Positions 1 through 14,313 of a DNA stretch of 64,000 bases are shown one piece after another; positions within the stretch are counted from its first letter, which is position 1, and every line of letters starts with the position of its first letter. The DNA comes from Octopus vulgaris. Its lineage: Eukaryota. Below the pieces are notes generated by a model. That model ran no database searches. It saw only the letters and a list, made by a program, of their open reading frames with translations, and had not been told where the DNA came from. The position numbers and the translations under genes were made by a program. The stretch covers positions 179,862,001 to 179,926,000 of the forward strand of contig OX597815.1 of NCBI GenBank assembly GCA_951406725.2, read 5' to 3'.

Positions 1-3000
1 TCTACATGACGAATTATAGTGAATGACTTTGTTCCGGGTTCAAATATGCCTGAGGCAGATTTGAGCTGGTAACAAGTTTGTGTTTATTAATGAAATGTTT
101 TAAGAAAGGAAAGAATAAAATGAAATAATAAAAATTTAAATCAAGTCAAGGAAGCTTATGAATTTTTATTGAAGTTATTTTCTAGTCTTAATTTCTAAAA
201 AAAAAAAAAAAAATAATAACCAAAAAAATCTCTCTTTTAAGTTTTGGAAATGGAATAAGAAATTTCATGCTTTGTATATTACAACTATGTTAAACTGAAA
301 TATGAAAATACAATGTGATAATGACAGAAAACTTAAGACATTTTAATACCAAAGCCAATGTTTTTAGAGAACCAACTACGGCAGTAACTGTCCCCACCTT
401 TTCCAGTGTAAAAGCTTGGAAATGCCAATGAAAATGGAAAAAAAAAAAAAAAATCAATAAAATAAAATAAAGTTTCATGACTGATTTTTAAGAGAACAAT
501 TCAGTTGATATTTTTAAAGAGGGTGACAGACAGTCTAGCCACTGAAAATGTTACTGATAGCCTTGCAGTGCAATATAAAAATATTAAGATAAATATTTAT
601 TTTAGAGATTGGATAAAGAAACTAAAGAAATGAAGGTCCATTCCATGACTGACACATTTTCATTTATTGATAAAAAGTTAATATTTTTTACAACTTCAAT
701 TAATTCCAGAAACATTTCATTATCTTTGATAAGCAAGCTTTGATGATCCATTTTTGATCATCGTAATTTGAAGATTTCTTAAAAAGCAATTCTATTTTTT
801 TTTTATTTTGTTTTGGTCAAATTAATAAAAAATACTGGCAGTTTATTTCTCGTACAATATTATTTAAAAACTAAATAAAAATTCCAACTTAGACTTTAGA
901 TTTTATTAAAATAAACATTCTTCACAATCTGAATTCTTTCTACTTTTAAGGAACTTCCACTTTTTTTTTTGTTGTTCAAAATTCAAAATGCATATTCTTA
1001 CCCTAAATTCTAATTAGCTCATATTAATACAATTAACATTTCCCTAAACTAATTAATATTGATTTAAACTTTTTGGCTCAAGGCCAGAAATCTTTTTTTT
1101 TCTTCTGGGAGAGGTTAAGTGAGTTGCATCAACCTCAGTGCATAACTGGTACTTATTTTATTGACCCTGAAAAAATGAAAAACAAAGTCAACCTCGACAG
1201 AACTTGAACTCAGAATGCAAAGATGGACAAAATGCTGCTAAGCATTTCGCCTGGCATGCTAACCATTCTACCAGCTCACTGCCTTAATTAATTGTCTAAT
1301 TAACATTAATGATGAGACTCCATTATTTTACATGGAGCAACATTGTGAGATTTTCTTTCCTTTACCTTTTTTTTAAAAATCATATAACTATGCATTAGAG
1401 TACGACAATTGATAAATTGATACAGAGCTAAATTATGGCCTTCAATCAAAAACCATGTAGTTTGTCTTCAGCAGTGGTTTATGTGCAAAACAAATTAAAT
1501 ATTTAGATACAAAGAATGAAATACTTTTTCTGGATGCTAATTTAGATTATTTATTATAATAAAATGTCATAATTAGTATAATCTCCATTTGTATATTAAT
1601 ATTTTAAAACTTACAAATTAAAAATAAAATAGTTCATTTCCATTAGATTATTTTCTTTATATTTACAAAGTTTTGTTACCATCATTCTCCAATGTTTGCT
1701 AATGCCACAAATGAATATATTCTTTAAGCAATTTAGCAAATGGTGCAGAATTTCAAATTTAAATAGTTTGCATTTGACAATTTGCTCCATTATGATTTGT
1801 TATAATGGAACAAATGTCTGAAAGGAATTTTGGTTATTTTTATTATCATGAATTTTTTTTTCTTTGCAACTTACTTGATCTGGTCATAGCATTATTATTT
1901 TGATTGCTTATCCAGTATATCATCAAAAATTTAATGGAACATCCCGTCGGAGAAAGCAATACAAATATTGTCAACATTTAAATTCAAATACATTAGGTGC
2001 CCAGTTTACTGAGCACTAGATGTCCCCAGAAAACTGGTCACTGAGTGTATTTTAAGAAGCTTATAACTAAAGCACCAGTGGAAGTGAATACGCCTTTAAC
2101 TAATGCAGTCGTTGAAACATTACCAGCAATCCAAAGATGGAAGTGAATATTGTCTGTTTAGTCAGAATAAATACTATTTTGCCAGACTCATTAGTCACTT
2201 GTCATCAGAGGTATTTAAATTAATTCAAACCTTTAAAAGGACAAATTCAATAAATGATTCAGAAAATTCCGTAGAAATGACATTAAAAATGGGATTCAAG
2301 AAATTGACAGTAACTATCCACTTAAAATGTTAAATATATATACATATATATTTTAATTTTTCTTCATTTCATGTTTGTGACAAATATATTTCAGACACTG
2401 TGTGGTATCAAGATCTTGGTCAATGGCTATGAACTACTTATAAATTATGGAAACATATTTATTGAAACAGGATATTTTTCTTACAATGAAAAAACTTAAG
2501 GAAAACACACAAGGTTCAGAGAAATAAATGAAAAACAAAACTAAACAGAAAAGCACTAACTCAGCATGTGCCTACGGAAAGTAGGCGACTTTTACAATAA
2601 AGTTTGTAGCAATAAATCCAGGGAGTTGACGTTCCTCATCATATTGGTATTAATACATTTCTGCATATATTTTAGCACGTTCTTACAGTACTTGGATGAA
2701 ATCCACATAATTTTTGAAGACGATATACAGCTTAGCGTAGAAAATAAAGCCAACAACCAGAATAAGCAATTTGATATTCTTCTCAACAACAACACTTATT
2801 TGGGTTTCTAAGATTTGTTATTTAAAAAAAGAAATGGCAAAATAATTGAAACCAATACAATTTTGGACACTTCCTAATTTTAGCATGGATTTTTCACCTT
2901 TTTTTTATATACCTTTAAAAAAATTGAAAAAGAAATTCAAGATAGTTTTGGATTTTTATGTTGTAAACTAGTGGTTTTAATATCTGGGCCAGATCCAAAA

Positions 3001-5226
3001 TCGGGGGGGGGGGGCACCCCCAAAAAGTAAAACATTAAAGAAAAAAAACATTTATAGAAGGAAGACGATTACGGGCCTTCAGAAGGATGCTTGAGGGCCA
3101 GATATGGCCCTGGGAGCTACAGTAGAAAACCACTGTTTTAAACATTAAAGGACTCAGAATTTGTGAAAACAAACTTCTTTATAAATGAAATAAAAATTTA
3201 AATCTGAAATCTCTTCCCAATAAGAGGATTTAAAATTGCGACTCTTCATTTTTGTATAGAAACATATTTTGTTTGCATTTGAAGCACATAAATATATTGT
3301 TGGCATCTGAAATTACATTTTCCATCATTAAGGAATTGAAACTGAAATAACAGCATTTTAAATTGTCAGAAAGTAAAACAAACTAACACTTTCAAATATA
3401 TATTTATGCACTTCATATATGAACAAAATATGTGTGTGAGTGTGTGTGTGTGTGTGTGTGTAAGTGAAACCACTAGAGCTGTAAATTCTAACTGTAACCA
3501 ATTCAAATGAAGATAAATAAAGAGCAGATTCCGACTCTTTGATGTTCAGAACCTATAAATCCAATGATAGCTATTTTTCTTAAGGCAAAAATGTTAGAGA
3601 TGGGGAAGGGGTGTGTGTAAAAAAAATTCCATGCTAAAATAAAATGAAAGCTCAACGTTGTAAGATAATTAAAATGACTGAGTTAAAATGGTTCTAGTTA
3701 TTAAATATTAAAGACATATTTAACTTTTTTTTTTTTAAATTGTTTTAGAGAAACAGTTTTAAAAAATTGGTTTACTTATAAAAGGAAACCAGTTAAATTT
3801 TGGAAGAAATTATTTTAAAAATTGAAAGAGACTAATCTTATTTTCCTTTTTTTCATCTAAAATAGTTTTTAGAAAAATCATACATACAACACATTTACTG
3901 GCATATATAAATGTACGCCTAAGCATGTGTGTTTGTACATGTATATACATGTATATATATATGTATGTATATATATATGTACATATATATATGAAAGAGA
4001 GAGAGAGAAGGGAAGAGAGAATCATGCCAAGATATATGAAGATCTTTGACAGAGGAAATTCTGGAGAATACACTTATATACAAGAAGACACACCAAACAT
4101 TCACTCGCACACACTCACAGAAGCACATTGCATACTTGTGCACACATACAGAAATGTAACAATAACAATGAAAAAAAATAAATAACAACAAGAACAACAG
4201 TATTTAAGAATCCATGCTATTGTCTGACTCTGCATAAAGCGAAACAGAAAGAAAATTGGAAAGTAATTGATATAGGATGTAGCAACGGTTGCAGATGTAA
4301 GGAATCACTGCAACCATTCTCTAATGTCTTTGTGGTGTTGTGTTTATGCATTAGCTACAGTGAGAAAGAATGTTGTGGTTGATTAGAGTAAGTAAAGGCA
4401 AAAAAAGGAAAAAGAGAAGATGGGTGGGGTTTGAAAGAAAGAAATTCCAAGAGAAGAGTAGCACAAGAACAGGAGAAAAAGGAGGCCAGGTTAAAACCTT
4501 TTGTTTAATTTTTTTTTTTTTTCTTTTATTTAGAATTACAAAAAGAAGCTGTAAAGGTAAGTCCATTTAGCTGAAAGGACATGGGGGGAAAAGATAGGTT
4601 TAATTTTAGAAGGGATGAAATAGAAAGAGAAGTAAAATTAGTGAAAGATAGATGGAGGTAGATAAATAGAGAAATATGGAACAAAGATGTAAGTAGTGGT
4701 AAATAGAGATTTAAAAAGAAAAAAGCATAATTTGGAAAGGTAAAAAGCGATACAGATGGAAAAAATACATAAATGTATTGGCTGAGAAAGCAATGGCAGT
4801 GATGTTTACGACATTGCTATAAAGTTTGGCTGAGATGCTCAACATTTCCTTATGGAAACTCATGTAAGGATGTAACCATAACATAACCATGGTTACAATA
4901 TCAGAAATTTTACAAAAAAAAAAAAGACCCCTTGTCTTTAATTCTTCCTTTCAAATTCATCATTTGGTTTAATTGTTCTCGCTTTCAGTATGTTTTTCAT
5001 CTCACTTTTTTTTTTTTTTCACTGTATCTTTTAATTATTTTCCCTTGGTTTTCTTCTTTGTTCGATTTCTTTATAAAGTTAAATTGTATTTCTTAGAACT
5101 GTTTCTTATGTGTTTTATTGTTAGTTGAGATTCTGATAGAGTGAAGAATATAAAATAAAATAACAGCGCTTTATGGGCAGAGTCCAATGAAGGTGACAAC
5201 GCTTGATTCGTCACGCGGGACATACA
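1..5226 (-). other. Putative (long) 3' UTR / downstream region of NCS-1
   Basis: Follows the stop codon. AU-rich, several AATAAA on the minus strand, markedly fewer SINEs than the introns. The true poly(A) site cannot be determined. Confidence 0.5.
2969..3135. mobile_element. Degenerate hAT (Charlie-like) MITE in the putative 3' UTR
   Basis: Ends TAGTGGTTTT / AAAACCACTG. 8-bp TSD TTGTAAAC / TTTTAAAC. GGGCCAGAT subterminal motifs. Confidence 0.75.
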
Positions 5227-5328
5227 TCAGAGTCGACCCCCATCGTAAAGAGTCAGAGCTTGAATAATCGTTGGATCCTTCTTAGAGCCCTCAAGGAACT
5301 CATCAAATGTTAAGCGGTCATCCTTGTT
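5227..5328 (-). CDS. NCS1: NCS-1 last coding exon: [33 protein letters not shown] (EF4 and C-terminus)
   Basis: Long polypyrimidine tract then CCTAG acceptor (5329-30). EF4 loop [15 protein letters not shown] at 5229-5227. Confidence 0.96.
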   Translation of the reverse strand, partial: NKDDRLTFDEFLEGSKKDPTIIQALTLYDGGRL

Positions 5329-5777
5329 CTAGGAAGAAAAAAAAAACAAACAAAAAGATTGAATTAAGTCAAAGAACAAAACAAACTGAAACCAAAACTC
5401 TAAAAAAAACGGTAAAGAAAAAACATGGAATCTATTAATTTCAACATAATTCATGTAATATTTGTTCAGCCCTTTATTATTTAAGCTGGCCATATCAGGC
5501 CCCAATCATTTTACCTCTTATGGTCAAACCAGCCAGATCAGGCTTCTCACACTTACCCTACGATGTCATTCTAAAAATAAACAATCACATTGAAATCTCT
5601 GAAGCTATGAGATAATGCAGGATTAATTAAAAATAATGTTAAATAAGCATTATATTTGACACGGTAATTGCTGTCATCATCATCATCACCATCATCATCG
5701 TGAATACTAAAAGAGTTAAGTGGAAAAACAAAATGATTATAAAGTAACTGTCTTTGTGACAAATGTTTTGCAAATAC

Positions 5778-6167
5778 TCTTTTACTTGTTTCAGTCATTT
5801 GACTACGGCCATGCTGGAGCACCACCTTTAGTCGAGCAAATCAACCCCAGGACTTATACTTTGTAAGCCCAGTACTTATTCTATCAGTCTCTTTTGCTGA
5901 ACTGCTAATTTACGAGGATGTTAACACACCACCAGCAGTTGTCAAGCGATGTTGGCGGGGAGGGGGGGAGACAGACAAATAGAGACACACACATACATAT
6001 ATACGATGGGCTTCTTTCAGTTTCTGTCTACCAAATCCACTCACAAGGCTTTGGTGGGCCCGAGGCTATAGTAGAAGACACTTGCCCAAGGTGCCATGCA
6101 GTGGGACTGAACCTGGAACAATGTGGTTGGTAAGCAAGCTACTTACCACACAGCCACTCCTGTTCCT
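5778..6167 (-). mobile_element. SINE-A copy; other minus copies at ~14085-14735, 34398-34750, 34905-35270, 38225-38625, 41150-41565, 44603-44922, 56538-56952, 57890-58248
   Basis: Reverse complement of 23071-23465. Confidence 0.9.
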
Positions 6168-6404
6168 ATTAATAGTTAATGCGTTTTAAATGCAAAAGTA
6201 ACAAAGTGAAAGTTCCATGGAAGATATCACTAATATCTCCAGTCAGAGATTAACGGAGTCCATGGATATAAACCTGACCCCTTGTATAAATCAACAGATG
6301 AATCTTATGGGATTATTGCCTATATACACTTAATTTACAGATTTCTACAAACCTATCACAATATAAAAATTTACAAATATCTCTAAAACATTAAGGTGTT
6401 GTTG

Positions 6405-6448
6405 TATATATACATATGTATATATATATACATGTATATGTGTGTATA

Positions 6449-6488
<40 letters not shown>

Positions 6489-6847
6489 CATACATACACA
6501 CACACATATGCACAAACATATATATATATATATATATAAACTTACTTGGAGAAAAGAAAAGAAATGAAACGACGCGAGGGCACTCAGTCATGCAATAATT
6601 TAATAAATAAAATATATGTATACATACATATATGTACGTACCTACATCTACATGTATATATACATGTAGATGTAGGTACGTACATATATGTATGTATGTA
6701 TGCATATATTTTATTTATTAAATTATATATATATATATATATACATACACACACACATATGCACAAACGTGTGTATATATATATATACATACACACATAT
6801 GCACAAACGTGTGTGTATATATATATACATACACACATATGCACAAA

Positions 6848-6886
<39 letters not shown>

Positions 6887-6900
6887 GTACACACATATAT
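6405..6900. repeat. (TA)n/(CA)n microsatellites and a ~32-34-bp minisatellite ACACACATATGCACAAACGTGTG
   Basis: Direct reading. Explains the YIYI-type ORFs. Confidence 0.9.
6595..6726. repeat. Spacer-less ~130-bp palindrome
   Basis: Centre 6658/6659 (CATGTATA|TATACATG). Arms differ only by one ATAC unit and one substitution. Confidence 0.9.
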
Positions 6901-7224
6901 CAAATTAAATATACAACCAAAAAAGCTACAAATAGTTTCATGCTTTTATGAAACTTGAGATTTTATCCAAAAACTTGGATTATCAACTCACTGGAAAGGA
7001 AAACAGTCTCCTACAGATGATGCTTCCTTATAATCCACATAATCTGATTGAATCTATTCCTGACATTGAGGTAAACTGAGGTAGGTGGAAATTAATGTAC
7101 TGACACCATAAAATACCTGCAGTGAAATTAAATGAACTTGTTTTGGCTGAAACAAGCATTAGTTTTGATGGTGGTGCCTCAGAATTGAAAAAAACAGAGG
7201 GGGTAGTAAAACAGTTTACTAATG

Positions 7225-7500
7225 CATCATCATCATTTAACATCCGATTTCCATGCTAGCATGGGTTGGATGGTTTGACCAGGGTCTGGGAAGCCAGGAG
7301 GCTGCACCAGGCTCCAGTCTGATCTGGCAGTGTTTCTACAGCTGGATGCCCTTCCTAATGCCAACCACTTCGTGAGTGTAGTGGGTGCTTTTTATGTGCC
7401 AGGTGAGGCTGGCAACGGCCACAATCGGTTTGTGCTTTTTACGTGCGACCGGCACAGAAGCCAGTCAAGGCGGCGCTGGCATCGGCCACGTTCGAATGGT
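7225..7500 (-). mobile_element. Family C (RTE-like 3' end) copy; further copies at ~8765-8955+, 17055-17508+ (two), 19035-19180+, 20205-20505-
   Basis: Shared AGGAAGGGCATCCAGCTGTAGAAAC core and (GAT)n tail, variably 5'-truncated. Confidence 0.85.
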
Positions 7501-9124
7501 CCAATAAACCATCCTGGCATGGTGGTATTACAACAGATAAAACAATAATAGCCTAAGTAATTCTATTATTGCTGAAGCTTATACAAAAAAATTTACCCTC
7601 AAACTCCCAAGTAATTACACAATGCTCTTACTTCATGCAAAGCACGAGAGATTTCTTTTTAGCAACAAGGTACTCTGAGACAGCAAAAGTACAATGCCAG
7701 TGATGACATACAGGAAACTGATGCTTTGGCCAGCTGCCTGACTAATCAGTTACGATTATCAAGAAAATAAACCTGCTTGTAAATTATCTGAGAAAACTTA
7801 CCTGAATATCTATATCAACACACATCTAAAACAATTAAATAATGAAATAATTCAGGAATATCTCTTCATAGCTATTTGATCTGTTAGAAATAGCAGCCAA
7901 ATCTCATTCCTTCCAAATCTTATTGCATTAACTCTTTAACATTTAGTCTGGTGCTATCTGCCCAAATATTCTGTTTTATGAACTGAGAATTGTGGTAGGA
8001 CACGATTGCTTACATTCTGAACATGGCACCTAAACGAAGATACACGCACACATTGCAATTCTGTTCCGTAAACTTTCTACAAAGCAAATTAGAGCTCAAC
8101 TGAGTCAACGGAAATTTGTAAGCTGATAAAGAAATCTCTGGATGATCATGTGACTTGTAGCAACCAAATCTATTGTCTTAAAGCAAAATGTTAGAAAATA
8201 TAGTTCTGGGTTTCCTGCACACAGAAAAAGATGGAATGATCATAGTTGGTGGCCTTTAATATACAGGGTGTGGTAGAAATACCTCCCACAGTTTAAACTT
8301 TCACTTATGTGTTGCTAACTTATGCAAGTGCCAATGAAGTTTTCATTTAGCTAATGAACAAAAACTGTAACCCTTTGTTTAAACAACAGTAAAATTAATT
8401 TTTCATAAATGTTGTTTCTTTTTCCTTTTGTCAACCTTTCAAATGTGGGAAGCATAAGGCGGCGAGCTGGCAGAAACATTATCACACCGGACGAAATGCG
8501 TAGCCGTATTTTGTCTGCCGTTATGTTCTGAGGTCAAATTCTGCCGAGGTCGACTTTGCCTTTCAGCCTTTCGGGGTCAATAAATTAAGTACCAGTTAGG
8601 TACTGGGGTCGATGTAATCAACTTAATCCCTTTGTCTGTCCTTGTTTGTCCCCTCTGTGTTTAGCCCCTTGTGGGTAGTAAAGAAATAAGGTATTTCTGC
8701 TGCACCCTGTATGTCTAAGCAGGGTTGTTCATAGGTTCAACAGCAACAAGTGGAAAAGAACCTGAGCTGGTGCCACAAAAAAGCACCCTGTACACTCTGT
8801 AAAATGGTAGGCATTAGGAAGGGCATCCGGCCATAGAAACCATACCAAAGCAGACAAATGGAGCTTGGTGCAGCCCTCCAGCCTTGTCAGCTCCTGTCAA
8901 ACCATCCAACCCATGCCAGCATGGAAAGCAGACGTTAAATTATGATGATGATGATGCTCACTTGCAATGTAGCGTGTCATCACGGAACCACTTAACATTT
9001 TTTAATTTCAAAAAGTCTTATTCATTAAAACCTCATCTGATGGATGTCAAATCAGCAGAAAAACTTTAATTGGTGGTAATGTGATTAATAAAGAAACTTA
9101 TTTTAATGTACATATGTAATGTAG

Positions 9125-9305
9125 GCATACACACATACATATACATACACACACATATACATATATATATATATATAGATAGATAGATAAAAGTGTATAT
9201 ATATATATATATATATAGATAGATAAAAGTTATATATATATATATATATACATAGATAGATAGATAAAAGTGTATATATATATATATATAGATAGATAGA
9301 TAATA

Positions 9306-9364
<59 letters not shown>

Positions 9365-9374
9365 AGTGTATATA

Positions 9375-9406
<32 letters not shown>

Positions 9407-9414
9407 AGTGTATA

Positions 9415-9446
<32 letters not shown>

Positions 9447-9450
9447 AGTG

Positions 9451-9482
<32 letters not shown>

Positions 9483-9560
9483 AGTGTGTGTATATATATA
9501 TATATATATATAGATAGATAAATGTGTATATATTTATAGAGATTCATATATATGTACACA
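9125..9560. repeat. Compound minisatellite (TA)n(GATA)nAAAGTG, about 9-10 units
   Basis: Direct reading. Confidence 0.92.
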
Positions 9561-11975
9561 TTATTATAATTATATGTATAAAATGGAGCATATTATGCAC
9601 ACATGATATCATATGTATATCAGATTGTTTCACATGCAATTAATATATCTTCTAAGCACTTTATGCCACAAATTAATTAATCAGTTAATTTATTGCTTCA
9701 GGAATTTACATAATATAATTGTTTTTGATATAGCTCAGCATTACCGCCATCATTATCATAACCAAGATTATCCCCTCCCCCTCCTTCAACCTCTTCATAA
9801 GCAACAGCAGCAGCGATTTTAACATTTATTTCTTCCATAATGAGTTCTAGATATGAAAAACATGAATGTAGCGATTTTGTAATCATTATTTAACAATTTA
9901 TAAGTTAAAAATAAAAAATATTTCTCATGAACAAGGTGTGTTTGATTAAGTTGTATGGGGTGCCCCTATGGCATAATGGGGAACTTTTGGCAAAGTTTAG
10001 TCCATAATGCTGGTTTGATTCCCAGTTGAGCAATTTCAATTCACTGACTAATCGTTATGATTTCCAGCTGTATTTAAGATCTTAGAGGGAGAAGGATCCG
10101 TTCTGCCAGTCTATCTTTCTATTAACACAGTCCATGGAATCACAAAGGTCAGGTAATAATCAGTTAAAAGTTACGAGGTGTCTCATTATGTATTTGAATA
10201 GTTACAATTGATAGGATGGTCTACTAAATTAAGGCAGTAAACTGGCAGAAACGTTAGCGCGCCAGGCAAAATGATTATCGGTATTTCGTCTGCCGTTACG
10301 TTCTGAGTTCAAATTCCGCCGAGATCGACAGTGCCTTTCATCCTTTTGGGGTCGATAAATTAAGTACCAGTTATGCACTGGGATCGATGTAATCAACTTA
10401 ATCCCTTTGTCTGTCCTCTCTATGTTTAGCCCCTAGTGGGCAATAAAGAAATAAGGATGGTCTTAATGAATATACCAATGTTGGTATCATAAGATGTTTA
10501 TAGACAAGAAGTGAAATATATGTAGTTGTAGATAAAGAGTATAGGTAAGTATAATCCACCACGATAAAAAACAGAAATAGCAAAATCCTCTCTTATCAAA
10601 CAGACCAATTACCAAAGACATTACAGATATGACCATCCACTCATGTTTTTTTTTTCCCAGAAATAGTCTATCTAAATCTACCTTATCCAATGTGTCCTTC
10701 CCTTTTTATGATTACAGCATGTCATTTGAGAGAGATTTTGCTGTTAAATCTAGCAGGAACAAAATTTGTTTAGTGGGTGCAGACACAGGTCCAAAATGTG
10801 TTACGCTCTTAATATCAAAATAAACATAGGTATAATAATAATATGCAGTATCAGGCAATGGCTCTCATGGCTTCTGGTCTTAACTGATTGGATGTGTTAT
10901 CATGTACATTGTTTTCTCTTGGTATAAAAGATGGGCTACAGCAAATATTCTGCTCAGTACCACAGATTTGCTTGTCAGTTGTTTGACCGTAACCAGTTGA
11001 GCATGTCCCTTAGTGGCTGATGATATGTGCATCTCTGATTACGAGCAGAAGTAGTGGGGGAGCATCACTTTGGAAACATGGGTGTTTCGTTCAACATCCT
11101 TAAACAACCTTAAACATCCTTAAATGGCGGTGCCCCAGCATGGCCACAGCTCATAGGCTGGAACTGGAATCAATCAATCAATCAAAACCCTTATTCAGAG
11201 ATCTTTTGAGTGGGATGGGCTACCCAATCTGAAGAAAATTGTAACTGGATCCCACCTGCAAGGTCATGTGCTGTTTATCTTGATATGAGATCACCATGTC
11301 ATGCACATATGATTGTGATGCATGTGCGTAGTATACCCTTATCAGACAGGTAGTCATGATGGGTATGCTGGGCTTTGATGGCATGCACAGCTCTCTCACT
11401 CAATAATAATGATAATAATAATGGTTTCAAATTTTGGCACAAGGCCAGCAAATTTCGAGGAGAGGCCAGTCAATTACATCAACCCCAGGGTTCAGTTGAG
11501 AATTATTTTATTGACCCAGAAAGGATAAAAAGCAAAGGTGACCTTGGTGGGGTTTTGAAATCAGAATGTAAAGACAAATAAATATGCTGCCAAGCACTTT
11601 ATCCCGTATGTTAACAATTCTGCCAGTTCGTCCCCTTAATAATGATAATAACGTATAAGCATTTAGCTGAAACAATCTCAACAGTCTGGTCATGTCTCAA
11701 AACCAGAGATAACATAGCAATGTGTTTCTATAATCTATGCTGAGAATAGATGAAATAATTGGTACTTGTAAATCACCACTCCTGATTGACTGGGAATATA
11801 TGCAACGTCTAATAAACGTTATCATTACAGCTAGCTGATAGAAAATTGCACATGGATGGGGAAGCTGTGTGTATATAAACTGATAAGATAATATCTAGCT
11901 ACACTTGCATCAAGTTTGTAGCAGAATTGAATTGATGCATAACATCATCACCATGTGGTCGTTTATAACATCAAT

Positions 11976-12630
11976 ATTCTTTTCTACACTAGGCACAAGC
12001 CTGAATTTTTTGGGGAGGGGGCCAGTTGATTAGATTGACCCCAGTATTCAACTGGTACGTAATTTATCGACTCTGAAAGGACGAAAAGCAAAGTCAACCT
12101 CGGCGGAATTTGGACTCAGAACGTAAAGACATTTCGTCAGGCATGCTAACTTTTCTGCCAGCTCACTGCCTTATTATAGCATCAATATTGATATTCTTTT
12201 CTACTCTAGGCACAAGGCCTGAAATTTGGAGGGAAAGGGCTAGTTGATTAGATCGACCCCAGTATGTAACTGGTAGTTAATTTATCAACCCTGAAAGGAC
12301 GAAAGGCAACGTCGACCTCGATGGAATTTGAACTCAGAACATATAGACAGATGAAATACTGCTAAGCATTTTACCCAGCGTGATGACGTTTCTGTATTAA
12401 TTTAATACATATTCTTTTCTACTTTATGCACAAGGCCCGAAATTTTGGGGGAAGGGCGCAATCAAATAGATCGACTCCAGTACGCAACTGGTACTTAATT
12501 TATTGACCCCAAAAGGATGAAAGGCAAAACTGACCTCGGCAGAATTTGAACTCAGAATGTAAAGACAAACAAAATACCACTAAGCATTTTGTTTGGTGTG
12601 CTAACGTTTTTGCCATCTCGCCACTTTACT
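11976..12630 (-). mobile_element. Cluster of three SINE-B (alternative tail GTGCCTAGAGTAGAAAAGAAT); similar pair at 53115-53563
   Basis: Three consecutive ~215-bp homologous units. Confidence 0.88.
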
Positions 12631-12794
12631 ATAACCTCAATATTGATATCGTCTCAGTAGTGACTTGACTCACCAACTCGATGTATTCAATCATTTATCA
12701 GTGAGAGTGTGTAACTGTCTACTGTGATTTTCAAGTTCAGAGCAAGGTTTAGTAGATAAATCTCAAATCTACAAGTATATATATTACATATATA

Positions 12795-13087
12795 ACCTAG
12801 TGGTTAGAGCAGTGGACTCGTGGTTGAGGGATCTTGGGTTTGAATCTCAGACTGGGTGATGTGTGTGTTTATGAGCGAAATACCTAAGCTCCACGCTGCT
12901 CCGGCAGAAGGTAATGGCGAAACTTCTGCTGACTCTTTCACCACTACTTTCTCTCACTCTTTCCTCCTGTATCTTGCAGCTCACCTGCGACAGACTGGCA
13001 TCCCATCCAGGTGGGGAACCTATACGCCAAGGAAACCGAGAAACCGGCCCTTATGAGCCAGGCATGGCTTGAGATGGAACAAACAAA
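12795..13087 (+). mobile_element. SINE-D copy (inverted relative to 18082-18389)
   Basis: Reverse complement of 18082-18389 over ~290 bp. Confidence 0.88.
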
Positions 13088-13220
13088 TAACATATACCTG
13101 TAATTCACCCAGGTCCATAAATCATATGTATAATACACTGATTGTTAAAATTCTTAATGAGCAGTTTGAAACTGGGCTGATATTTATATCTGCCTATTTG
13201 CAGATTTACATGGGCCTGTA

Positions 13221-13496
13221 CTGTGGCAGACTGGCCAGGTTGTCAGCTTGTCCAATGGGAAGTGGGCACCTGTGCCATTAGAATCCATATATGGGGGCCC
13301 ATCCCCTCAAGTTTGAGAATTTTTCATTCACTCCTGGAAGAAGGCATTAATTATTTCAGCCTGGTTGTGTTTGTAGACAGTTGAAAAGAACACTTTCAAC
13401 AAAAAATTAAAAAATTAAAATGATTGGATTGTAGTTGCGGGTGGCCCCCTCCCTAGTCTCCTGGCAACCAGTATTTTTAGACCCAGACTGCCACTG
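13221..13496. mobile_element. hAT MITE
   Basis: TIRs CTGTGGCAGACTGG / CCAGACTGCCACTG. Perfect 8-bp TSD GGCCTGTA. Confidence 0.88.
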
Positions 13497-14313
13497 GGCC
13501 TGTATATAAACAGCCAAAATATTTGAAGCGGGTGCAGTCCAATGATTGAAGTCAGTAAAAGAGTAAAGAATAGAAAGAATATAGAATCAGACGATGCAAT
13601 TCCTTGGCTGCCAATGATAATAATAATAATAGTAATAATAATAATAATAATAAACAAACGTAATAGAAGATCTAAACAGGATAATAGATATGGAGAAATT
13701 GTTTCCTGTTTGCATCAGACCAATTAGTTATAAGAACTGTGCATGAGCCAACAGGACATCCAGACTGCTTCTGTGCATTCCAGTACAGATTACGGAATGC
13801 GTAATTTGGTCCTTTTATGGAAAGATATAAATGTTGGCAATGTAATTTTTGGAGAATGCCAATACAGAGATGAAAACTGTTGTTTCAATATGGAATATAA
13901 TCGAAATCATTATAGAAGATTTCCTTCTGTCTCTCGTCACATTCATTCATTCTCTTTTTCCTAAGTAGAGATGATATGAGCATAAACGTGTGTGTGTGTG
14001 AGTCTGTGCATGTCTGTGTGCATGTGTGTAATATTTGTTTGTTTCGGTCATTAGATGTATGTGTGCATGTGTAACTTTTTTTTTAGTCATTAGAGTGCAG
14101 CCATCTTGGGTCATTACCTTGAAGAATTTTTAGTCGAAACAAATCAATCCCAGTTCTTATTTTCATTTTTTTTTTTAATAAAAAGCCTCGTTCTTACTTT
14201 ATCAGATTCTTTTGCCAAATCGCTAAGTTACGGGGATATAAACACACTAACACCAGTTGCCAAGCGGTGGTGGAGGACAAACACAGACACATACACATAA
14301 ATAAATATATATA

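Noticed and set aside
2168-2220. Hammerhead-like string on the minus strand (AAATAC..CTGATGA..AAAA..GTATTT)
   Set aside because: No GAAA and no stem III/NUH. Single copy. Could be chance or a very decayed relic.
6391-6951. Overlapping Y/I/H/T-rich ORFs (also 3810-4197, 9230-9559)
   Set aside because: Translations of (TA)n/(CA)n microsatellites.
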